A stretch of DNA of 58,361 nucleotides. Origin: Octopus bimaculoides. Lineage: Eukaryota. The notes below the pieces were generated by a model. That model made no database searches. It saw nothing but the letters and a program-made list of their open reading frames with translations, and had not been told where the DNA came from. Positions 26,701 to 36,473 of the stretch are shown piece by piece (the stretch's first letter is position 1; every line of letters starts with the position of its first letter). The stretch covers positions 59,791,181 to 59,849,541 of the forward strand of contig NC_068989.1 in assembly GCF_001194135.2 (NCBI RefSeq), read 5' to 3'. The position numbers and the translations under genes were made by a program.

Positions 26701-29700
26701 TTATTGAAGCGGAGACACAATTCATTGAAGGATGTTATATTCAGGATGCAAAGCAAATTAGCTTTTATTACCAAAATAATAATTAGAAAGTTGAGGTATT
26801 CTAATGTTAAAACAGATATTTTCCATTTTGTTGTTAAGATAATGTAAATGCATATTTTTTGGAACATGTAATAATATGTAATATATTGTTACATTAATTG
26901 TTTGTTAACTACATATAAGATATGTTACTGAGTGTCACGAGTCAAAAACTTGAACCATTGAGATGGTAACTATGTCATTATTCAACCTGCTGCAAATAAC
27001 AACCAAATGCCTCTCAAATCACATTCTACTATTTTTTAAAAAGGAAGGAAACACTGAATGACATGGTCTAGATATACTGTGCTTGAATATACCATTGATG
27101 GTCACAGTTGAGTGGTCTTTGATCATAAATCTGCTCAATCAATGAGAATACAACAAATTAAAACTAAAAAGTGGTTTTGTTGAATCTTACTCTAAATTTA
27201 TTTTTCATTAAAAAATGGATATGATACAGGAAACTTTTATTTAAATGTATTAGAAATTAAAACTTATCAAAGCTCAAAACTAAGTTGGCCTGCAGTATTC
27301 CAGATGATTCAACATCTCCATTCCTACATACATCTTCTCCTTAACATATGTACCCAGAATTCATCCATCAGAACCATAAGATTTAATTCAAAAATGACCT
27401 TGCCCAGAATAATAGGATTCTTTTCTTCTTATACTGCACTAATATTATATATTTTATTTTCCCCCTTTTTTTTATTAAAATTACTTTATTTCTTTATTGC
27501 TGACTGGGGGCTAAACATAGAGGGGACAAACATTGGGCAGACAAAGGGATTAAGTCGATTACATCAAACCTCCATTACGTAACTTATTTTATCGACCCTG
27601 AAAGGATGAAAGGCAAAGTCGACCATGGTGGAATTTGAACTCAGAATGTAGCAGCAGATGAAATACTGCTAAGCATTTTGCCAGGCATGTTAACGATTCT
27701 GCCAGCTCACCACCTTATTTAAAATACTTATTGAACTAAAATTTATCAATGCAGACCACAATCGTCCTTTCTATAATGGTGTTGCAGTTGCACTGCTTCT
27801 GAGAATTTCTTTTAATGTCTGTATATGGAAAATTTTTATTTTCATATATAACATATAAACATGTACATCTTTTAGAACATTGTCATTTTATAAGCTTTTG
27901 GTGACAAATTTTTAAATTAACATAAGCATTTATTTACGTGGGAGAAGATTACCAGAGAACTTTCATCTAATTCTTCCAAATCTTTCTGTTAGAACTGTGT
28001 CAAAACCATTTGTGGGGAAATTTTTTCATCACAACAACTAGTCACACACCACAAGTTTTGATGGAACCTACTGAAGCAAGCCAGCATGCTTGCAGCATTA
28101 CCACAGGCGATGGTGAGGCTTAGACATTGGGAAGGCCAAGCACCCTCACAGGCATCACCTGGCACCTCAGTGAGGCAAGCTACCAATGTTGACAAGAACT
28201 CTGCAGTTAGTGGCCCAGTCCCTCCAAACGTCTCAAATGCCACAGGCTGGAAGAGATAGTTCACTGTCAGATCCTGATATTTCAGAGTTTTCTTCCATTT
28301 GGCTATGGAAGCAGTGACCCTCCCATTAACTGCAGCATCCAGGATGTGGGAGGGACAAAAGGAGTCACAGACTGTGGCATCCCAAATGAGGCACCTACCT
28401 TTAACCCAGGGATAGAGGATAAGACCATCTGGTCTCTTACCATCACTTTTGGATAACCCCAACAGAACTGAGGGGATATTAATCCGAGCCAGGGTTGGCT
28501 TAAGGATTAGGTTTAGCTTGGTGTGACAAGTGAAGCGACCAGCATTTAGGTAGCAAGACAGACCTTGAAGACCTGTTGGGTTGAGGGGCCTACCACAGCA
28601 GCATCCAAGTCCCCTACAGATATCAGCTCCTACTCTGAGTGTGACGGAGATGCAGAGATCATCTAGACAGACTGAGTAGACCTCTAATGTTGGCTACAGG
28701 CAGGGCGTCAATCCAGTCCCCCGAGAATCTTGCACTAGCTGAAAGTAGACGACACCTTGAAAATTGATCAGATTGATCAAGGTGAGAGCTGAAAGTGGCA
28801 CCTGGATGCAGACTGTCCCATACTCTCTCTTTCTGTCTATCCTCCACTGTAACCAGAACTGACAAACCCAGCTCTCTCCCCTGTAATAGAACTTCATCCA
28901 TCTCCCTGTTGGAATTAGTCCATGCTGGAGAGGTGAGAATGTTGCCTTCTAAAGGGGAGCAAGTGTGGATGGAGAAAAAACAACAGGGAAGACATAACGA
29001 TGAGCACTTGCGCAGACCTAGACCCTCAAACCATTTGGGCAAAGCAGCTTGGTCGCGAGAGTCTGGAGAGAGTTTGACATTGACAAAGCATTCAAGTTTC
29101 CTGAAGATTAGGTAATTAGAGTATTAGAGGGTCAACAGGAATCTGTAAGAGGGACTAACTCTCAGAAAATACAATAGATTAGGAACTGACAAGTAATTCC
29201 TAAGTATCAAAAGACTTTGCTGGGGCTCACTTCAAGGCTTTAAAAGTTGTTCAAGGTTAGCCATTTTGGATTTAAAGATGGACTCGAAAGCTAGGTCAGT
29301 AATTGGGGCTGTAAGAGAGCACCACACTGATGAAGGAGGAATTGCTATTGAGGGGAGGGAGTCAACAAATAGTTTAGCAGTCTGCTCATGCAAAGCTGGG
29401 TGGTTGAGGTGCCAGAGCTTGCATTTGAAGCTGTTAACACTAAGACCTCTCTGACCAAGTTCCTCAATCATTGTCCTCACATTTGCAAGTACCTTGTCAG
29501 GAGGGCTTCCCAAACAAGCATCATTGAGGTGCCAGACATTTAGTTCTAGGTCGGCTCCTATCTAGGTAACATCATTAATACCCAATGCAAATTGGGCAGG
29601 ACTAAGTGGATCACCCTGTTAGACTGCAGAAGCAGATAGAGTCTAGCAGGGCTCCTGATAGGCTTGCCAAGCAAAGTGATAAAGTGGTGGGCAATTTTCC

Positions 29701-30143
29701 CTTACTGTGTGGAGGTTGATGTCTCGACTGATGGAGTTAAAAGCATTCTTAAGGTCAAGTTTGAGGATCACCTTTGCGGACTCAGAGGGCAAATTGGTGA
29801 AAGCCCTGGTGGCATAATACAGTTATCAATTAAAGAGTTATCAACCCCTCTTCCATATAGATGCTGTCACTTGAACAATTTGCCTTAAATGTCAACCAAT
29901 TAACTTTATAAATTTAGTCAAGTTTGTCTACTATAGAGAGACAAGATAATTAATGTTTTGAGCAAAACCATTTGTCTTTGAAAAAAAAACAAGTTTGTAA
30001 ATGTTTATAATAAAACTGAGAATATAACATTCAATAACTCTATCCCAGAAACTTTATCTACTGCTAAACAAATACTTGTATTATAGTTACTTACCAAAAT
30101 TTATGACCATGCAGAGAAATACTGCTAAAACAATGAGCTTCAT
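14873..30143 (-). CDS. signal-peptide-bearing, haem-motif-less cytochrome c-like protein, 124 aa, four coding exons
   Basis: complement(join(14873..15024,25708..25826,26492..26546,30095..30143)); GT-AG introns, phases 1,2,1, one open frame: [124 protein letters not shown]. Confidence 0.82.
17560..18900 (-). mobile_element. Penelope-like element 3' end with tandem pseudo-LTR units
   Basis: unit gggagaatatacg...ttcaacagaaag repeated at about 17566, 17947, 18403 and 18740; C-terminal-like [23 protein letters not shown]; the copy across the 10-N gap may be artefactual. Confidence 0.6.
18037..18073 (-). ncRNA. minimal type I hammerhead ribozyme motif (variant core CUGUUGA); further copies 17661-17697 and 18832-18868
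   Basis: minus strand UCUUU-CUGUUGA-A-GAGC gug GCUC-GAAAC-GUC-AAAGA: stem I UCUUU/AAAGA, stem II GAGC/GCUC, GUC cleavage triplet, palindromic ACGU stem III. Confidence 0.65.
18915..19610 (-). mobile_element. RTE LINE reverse transcriptase fragment
   Basis: [35 protein letters not shown]...[24 protein letters not shown]...ADFEKAFD. Confidence 0.9.
19633..19678 (+). ncRNA. degenerate Penelope-type hammerhead motif (relic also at 52243-52285)
   Basis: gacac-CTGATGA-a-ggctg..cagcc-GAAAC-gta; the stem I partner is eroded. Confidence 0.5.
19718..20610 (+). mobile_element. decayed mariner transposon
   Basis: [23 protein letters not shown]...[22 protein letters not shown]; PHSPDLAP motif; TIR-like end gtccaggaacgttttgataccacccca. 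Confidence 0.85.
20929..21570 (-). mobile_element. second mariner fragment (C-terminal half plus TIR)
   Basis: [22 protein letters not shown]...[23 protein letters not shown]; TIR tattgggttatcccataaataatgc. Confidence 0.88.
23090..23700 (-). mobile_element. R4/Dong-like LINE C-terminal fragment (zinc-knuckle region plus restriction-like endonuclease)
   Basis: AAQDQ...[27 protein letters not shown]...KILWD...[17 protein letters not shown]. Confidence 0.75.
23705..23780. repeat. (ATT)n microsatellite
   Basis: long pure ATT run; other microsatellites include (TG)n 30661-30737, (AG)n about 35834-35868 and (TA)n flanking N gaps. Confidence 0.95.
24302..24481. repeat. perfect 59-bp inverted repeat with 62-bp spacer
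   Basis: 24302-24360 is the exact reverse complement of 24423-24481. Confidence 0.95.
25708..25826 (-). CDS. internal exon of cytochrome c-like gene (N-terminal half without CXXCH)
   Basis: attttag|G AGG...ATG G|gtaatt; phase 2 to 1, as in the CXXCH exon of the neighbouring gene. SPYLLIICG aligns to GPNLSCLIG and GLMY to GFAY. Confidence 0.82.
26492..26546 (-). CDS. 55-nt internal exon ([19 protein letters not shown])
   Basis: cttattgctgcttcag|AT...CA|gtaaga; phase 1 to 2, bridging the flanking exons in frame. Confidence 0.75.
27505..27715. mobile_element. SINE family with atcgaccc.gaaaggatgaaaggcaaagtcgac core
   Basis: related copies at about 30300-30510, 32455-32670 and 54228-54470. Confidence 0.65.
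27990..29890 (-). mobile_element. decayed CRE-clade (RLE) non-LTR retrotransposon
   Basis: RT motifs [34 protein letters not shown]; RLE domain [25 protein letters not shown]...[11 protein letters not shown]. Confidence 0.8.
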
Positions 30144-30149
30144 GATTTC
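30095..30149 (-). CDS. start-codon exon encoding signal peptide [16 protein letters not shown]
   Basis: T12-ctgttttag|gaaatcATG...TTTG|gtaagt; ATG at 30143-30141; strong acceptor and donor, phase 1. Confidence 0.8.
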
Positions 30150-30657
30150 CTAAAACAGAAAAAAAAAAAACATACTTTTTTTCCACATTACAATTACTGA
30201 AGTAAGCATCAAGGATTGGTATGTTGACTGTGGTTGTGAAGTAAAAATAATAAAAATGTCCTATGAAAGAATAAATTAATGAATTTCCTTTAAAAAATTG
30301 ATTTCAAATTTTGGTACAAGGCCAGCAGTTTTGGGGGAGGTAGTAAGTCAATTACATTGACCCCAGTACTCAACTGGTGCTTATTTTATCAACCCCAGAG
30401 GGATTAAAGGCTGAGTTGACCTTGGTGGAATTTGAATACAGAGTGTAAAGACAGACTAAATGTTGTTAAGTATTTTGCCCAACATGCTAATGATTCTATC
30501 AACTAATTGCCCAAGTTTCCTTTCAAATATTAAAATATGTTTATCTTCATAAAAACTACAATTGTCAGCTTAACAGTAACAATTCCAGGAACATTGTGTA
30601 AGCAATAACAAGAAATCGGTTGGTGAACACAAATGCATCCCTGTAATTAAGTGTGTG

Positions 30658-30740
<83 letters not shown>

Positions 30741-30974
30741 ATTAAACAACTTAATGGTTGTAATTCTCTTTATAAGTGACCAACTAAAGTAGCCATCAAT
30801 GGCAATGGTGTTTGTTATTGCTGACCAGCTGCAGTGGCTCATTTCTATCACTGCTGCTGTGATTTGATGCCAGGCACCAAATAAATTACCAGTCTTTGTC
30901 TTTATGGCAGTCCATTAGAAAAAAGTCACAAATAACATGATCAAGAGGATTAAAAGGATATGCTTGGTTTTGTT

Positions 30975-31005
30975 ACTCACCTGTAGAAGAAATTAAATTA
31001 AAAAC
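30975..31005 (-). promoter_or_regulatory. strong splice donor (CAG|GTGAGT after 30981), probable end of an upstream non-coding exon of the cytochrome c-like gene
   Basis: minus strand tttttaatttaatttcttctacag|gtgagtaa, 830 nt upstream of the ATG exon. Confidence 0.45.
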
Positions 31006-31850
31006 GCCAGATTGCAAATGTGCTGAGATTTAAAGTCAGTGAACCAAGAGTTCAGGTTTCAAATCCAGACTAGACCTCTTATTACAAATAGATAGATGTT
31101 GCCAAGAATACAATACAAATGAATCTAAAGGCTTGGTCATTGGTGACACAAGTATATTAAACTTGAACCTTAATTCAAATCAACATTATGTTTATTCTTT
31201 CTACTTGCCATTTTCCTACTACTCATTATAAATGGAATTTAACCAGATAAACTTCTCCATTTTGAGAGAGTCTAAGAATGATATGGTTACTTCCTCTCAT
31301 TATTAGTGGTCCTGTGATAGTTCCATACTTCTTTGCCATCAATATCACATCCTGTACAAATGTTTAATCTTAATATACATCCTGAGAAACCTATGTTTAT
31401 GGTTCCTTAGCAGAAAGCAGTATGAATAGACCATCCTTTAAATGTTGGGATTGTTTAATTAAGTGTTTCATAATTTGATTTTCTTTCTAACTGTATGAAA
31501 TACAAGTAATTCACCATCATCATTGTCATTGTTATTACTGTTATTGTCATCATTGTAATCATCATCATCATTGTTGTCATCATCACCCTTGTTTTAACAT
31601 CTGCTTTTCCATACTCAGACACATGAGACTACTTTGTGGTAGAGTTTTCTAAGGTCAGAAACCCTTCTTTATGCCAACCTTTTCCTGTTTCTATGCAAAC
31701 TAATAAATTTCTCAGTCTCTCAAACAAAAAAAAAAAGCTCATACTGGGTTACATTGAGAAAATGGCACCATTTATAAGAGCCTAGAAAAATGCTGCGGGG
31801 AAATGAATTTTAACTCAAGTACTTTTCTCAAATAAATCACCTATGTAGAT

Positions 31851-32106
31851 CAGTGGTTCTCAGCTGGAGGTCCATACGGCTTTTGGGGGTCCATAGAAGA
31901 TTTTGTTTGTTAAAAATTATGCACAAGAAATTACTTATAATTCTACAATACACAAAATATTTAAACACTTTTTTAATACACTACCTGATAATATATAATT
32001 ATAGGGATATAATGGGATTTTTAAACATCAAATAACTATGAGGGGTCCACCTGAATAAAATAGCCATTAAAGTGGTTCACAGGCAAAAAGTAGTTGAGAA
32101 CCACTG
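31851..32106. mobile_element. hAT (Charlie-like) MITE; older related copy at 50800-50980
   Basis: TIR CAGTGGTTCTC/GAGAACCACTG; 8-bp TSD atgtagat/atctagat. Confidence 0.8.
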
Positions 32107-32829
32107 ATCTAGATGGTACAAACATATTAATCTCTTGTAAGGAACAACAATTTTGAGGCAACTGAGCCAACCTGATTGATAACTCACATTTAGATGGTGG
32201 GTGGGGGGGTCCCCCATACTTGGAAAATCCAATTCTAATCTACAAAAAATATTAACATTTTGATTCCTTGTTAATTGATATATTTCAATAATCCTTCAAG
32301 AGCACTCCTGAATCTCTATAGCAACAGACATAGGTAAATATATGAAGAATATTTTATGTTCCCCTAATATAAAGTGCTCTGTCAAAATCTTTAATAAGTT
32401 GCAACATTGAAAAAGAAACCAGAAACTTTTTGTTTTGCCAAACTCATAGTATCATATTGGTTTCAAATTTTGGCACCAGGCCAGCAATTTTTGGGGAGGG
32501 GTAAGTTGGTTGCATCAACCCTTGTGATCAACTGGTATTTATTTCATTGACCCAAAAAAGATAAAAGGTGAAGTCAACATCAGTGGAATTTGAACTTAGA
32601 ATATAAAGATGAGTAAAATTCCACTCAGTGTCTTGCCTAGCATACTAACAATTTTGCCAGCTCACCACCTTCACTCAGAGTATCATATTATATGCATTCT
32701 TAAATTGACAGTTAGAGTAGTATGTATCCTGGACTATGGGCTCTTAACCACAAATATAGTACGAACGAGTGGTATTTGTTTATTGACTCATCAAAAGTAA
32801 TCTTGAAAGCAGTTTTACTCCACAATAGA

Positions 32830-34069
32830 AATTAGTTCCCTTCTATTCTTCTGGCCCATGCAGCTAATGTGAATGAAACATATAAGAGTATGAAGCTTCT
32901 GTTGCAAAAAATTAAGTACAAAGAACATAAGTGGAATATTTGTAGTGACCTAAAGGTTGTGGCACGTTTACTAGGAATGCAGCTGGGTTGCACCAAGTTT
33001 GGTTGCTTTTTCTGTGAATAGGACAGTCAGGAGAAGAAAAATCATTATGAAAAGAATGTGTGGATGAAGCAATCTCTGTCTCCTAGAATGTCATCAATCC
33101 TCCCTTTGCTGATTCTGAGAAAATTTATCTGCCTCCTTTACATATGAAGCTAGGGTTAATGAAGAATTTCATCAAAGGTATGAATAGAACTGGTAAGAGA
33201 TTCACATCTTTGAAAACCAAATTTCCAAGAGTAAGTGATGCAAGATTCAAAGAAGGTATTTTTGTTGGGCCACAGATTAGGGAGCTGATGAGAGACCAAA
33301 AGTTTGATTAAGGGTTCGATGAAGTTGAAAAAGCTGTGTGGCTGTCATTTAAGAAAGTTTGCAGAGAATTTGGTGGGAATCACAGAGCAGAGAACTATTC
33401 TGACATTGTGAAAGATCTATGATATCATACAAGACCTTGAGATGCAATATGAGCATAAAAATCCACTTCTTGAACTCTCACTCGAACTTTTTCCCTGCAA
33501 ATTTTGGGGCTGTCAGTGACAAGCACGGTGAGAGGTTTCACCAGGATATTCTCAACATGGAAACCCAGTACCAAGGAAAGTGAAGCGTTTCTATGTTGGC
33601 TGATTATTGTTGGTCACTAAAAAGGGATGTTCCAGAAGCTAAATGCAATCGAAAATCATACACGCCTCTATGCTTTAAAGGCAAGTTTCCTTGTCATATC
33701 AGCCTAATTTTTGAATTCATGAAATGCAATTGTTTAACAATTTACATATGCTATCACAGAAAAATTATGACTTATACAAAAACAATCTGAAAACTCACTT
33801 GAATTCTGCAGATAAAATGCTATTAAGTTCACCTACTTTTGTTTGTGGGACAGAATTTTTCATTTATTCTGTTGACCAATCATAATTGTCAGCCTTATTT
33901 CTGTATTAATATAGTACATTTATTGTATAATTTAATTACTCTGTCACATAAAAACCATACCTGACAGAAAAATTCTAGAAACAGATTCAAAATCTGCATT
34001 AAAAGTACTATAAAGTTTACTTTCTTTAGTTCATGGGACAGCAAAAAGTTCAAATTTTGTTGACCAGTG
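32830..34069 (+). mobile_element. decayed Chapaev3-like (CMC) DNA transposon, 3' part
   Basis: DLKVVARLLGMQLG.TKF.CF.CE; KEGIFVGPQIRELM; IKIHFLNSH.NFFP.NFGAVSD.HGERFHQDI; MLADYCWSLKRD; terminus ...ttgttgaccagtg (CAC..GTG type). Confidence 0.7.
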
Positions 34070-34239
34070 TTATTAGTGAAGAGTATATTTGAATTTTCAT
34101 GCTTGAAATACTCCATCAATTTTTAGACAATAATGTGAACACTCTTTACATTTCATTAAGTGGAGCACAACATATTTTCTGAATGAATTATTGTACATTA
34201 GTTATCATTTATTTTAATACCTTATTGTCAATTAATGTT

Positions 34240-34611
34240 GTTGTTGTTGGCACTCCGTCGCTTATGACGTCGAGGGTTCCAGTTCATTCAATCAACGGAA
34301 CAGCCTGCTCATGAAATTAACGTGCAAGTGGCTGAGCACTCCACAGACATGTGTACCCTTAACATAGTTCTCAGGGATATTCAGCGTGACACAGTATGAC
34401 AAGGCTGACCCTTTGAATTACAGGCACAACAGAAACAGGAAGTAAGAGGGAAAGAAAGTTGTGGTGGAAGAGTACAGCAGGGTTCGCCACCATCCCCTGC
34501 CGGAGCCTCATGGAGCTTTAGGTGTTTTCGTTCAATAAACACTCACAACGCCCAGTCTGGGAATTGAAACCGCAATCCGATGGCCCTAACCACTGGGCCA
34601 TTGCGCCTCCA
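34240..34611 (-). mobile_element. tRNA-headed SINE with target-site duplication
   Basis: tRNA-like head (ggaggcgcaatggcccagtggttagg) on minus strand, (AAC)n tail, TSD tgtcaattaat at 34226-34236 and 34613-34623. Confidence 0.8.
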
Positions 34612-35831
34612 CTGTCAATTAATAATACTCTATCATCTTAAAAAGGACGGACACATCATTATGTAACCTTAGTATATTGTTTGATAAGAAGGATGGTCAA
34701 GGCTGGAAGATCTTTAATCAGAGGTCAAACTCAGTGGAGTTGATAGTTTTGGGACATTATGTATTGAAATTGGGTGTCCCTTTCCTTAAATTTAACATAC
34801 TCTCAACTACAGGAAACACAATGTGACCATCCTGTGCGGTCCATACATTCCACACCCCATGCTATGCCATTGTGTTAGCTTGATCAAGGCTGAACTGGGG
34901 CCAAGCAAAAGCCTCAAGTTAACCTTATAATGCTGTTTTTTGATATCTACTATATGCCACTCATGTAGGCTTGTAAAATGATTCCTTTGCAAATTTTGTC
35001 GCTGAATTGGAGCAAACAACAACACCCACAAGTTGGTCTTATAATGTTGATCATAACTTTTTTTTATATTATCTACCATATGCCACTGATGTAGACTTGT
35101 AAGATAATTCCTTTGCAAATTTTGTCATGTCATAATAAATTCTCAGCTATACCAAGTCACAATTAAACTACAATTCTCAATTGAAACTACATTTTCTTTG
35201 TATCATTTATGTTCTTTAGAAACAAAAGCAGTCTCACAAATGTTTATATGCTCTCCTATAATATCTTGGTTTCGTGTCATTTGGTTGATAAAAATGGAAT
35301 ACCACTTTGATATTGTAAATAATTTTTCATTCTATTTTACTTTTGCTGTCATTGTAAATGTTAGGGTGTTTTTACGAGAAGTAAACAGGAAATAAACTGT
35401 CATTTCATTTGGTTTCAGGATCAAAAATTCTGTGTGGCCCCACTGTGTTATTCGCTTTTTCCTGAGCTGTACCTTATGAATTAAATTGTATGTGCTAAAA
35501 CTATGTGGAAATCCATCAGACTCCTGTTTTGGGACGGAAGACTTAATTCCTTGCCACCACTAGGCCTTTGAGTTTCTTTAGTGGAGTTGAGCGTATTGTA
35601 AGTATTGGGGCCAGATTTAAAGACAACCAATGTCCCTTTACATTAGTAGTTTCCAAGACCTGAAAAAAAGGGCCATTGTTGCTCCATCACATCTCCTGAC
35701 TAAGTCCTCTGATTACCCAATTTAAGCAATATATTTAGTTTGTAAAATCACTGCTTAAATTTCAATATATACTATCTAAGGAGGTAGGTTATGGACATTG
35801 TTTCTTTTGGTCACTCATAGTTCTAAATAAA

Positions 35832-35871
<40 letters not shown>

Positions 35872-36126
35872 AAGGACAGATATAAAAGAAAATAAATCAA
35901 CACAGAAAGTGTAAACTAAATTAAAAACTCACTTTGACAGGTCAGCTGTGCAGAGACTATCAAGTAACTTGGAAGTTTATGTGAAAAATTCTTTCTGCTC
36001 CTGTATTTTACAGCAGTGCAGGAAAGTAAAGCAAAAGAGACTCTAAAGTAACTTGTGTGAAAAATTCTTTGTTACCAATTATATTAACTTGTCTTCTTCT
36101 GTTGTCATTTTTCCATTGGTTATTCA

Positions 36127-36473
36127 TTTCCTGTTTACTTTGATAAGAACATACCTCATACTTACAATGACGTTATTGTAATTTTATATTTTTATAAAAT
36201 AAAATGGAAATGAAAATTACAGGAGATAAGAAGTTTTGGATATAGAAAAGATGGTCATGGCTGGAAGGCCTTTAATTATAAGTTGATTGAATAAAATTGG
36301 AATGTACTGGATTTTTAAAAAAATTATTTTTAACTTCACATCAAGTCTGATCAGTCAGTCATAGCTGTGACCATTCTGTCTTTTTGGATGTATATAGAAC
36401 TATGTCATATAATGTGTTGTTTATTTATGTCACTGTAAATATGAGGTGTGTTCTTATCAAAGTAAACAGGAAA
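36127..36473. repeat. fold-back element / MITE with 34-bp terminal inverted repeats
   Basis: 36127-36160 versus 36440-36473, 1 mismatch; weaker pairing continues inward. Confidence 0.8.

Noticed and set aside
26637-26867. 76-aa hydrophobic ORF near the cytochrome-like exons
   Set aside because: AT-rich intron sequence, no usable splice phase and no recognisable motif.
35932-36000. Minus-strand exon-like segment reading SRKNFSHKLPSYLIVSAQ, faintly like YKRLSPYLL
   Set aside because: Lies in a short degenerate repeat and has no companion exons; similarity is too weak to call a third paralogue.
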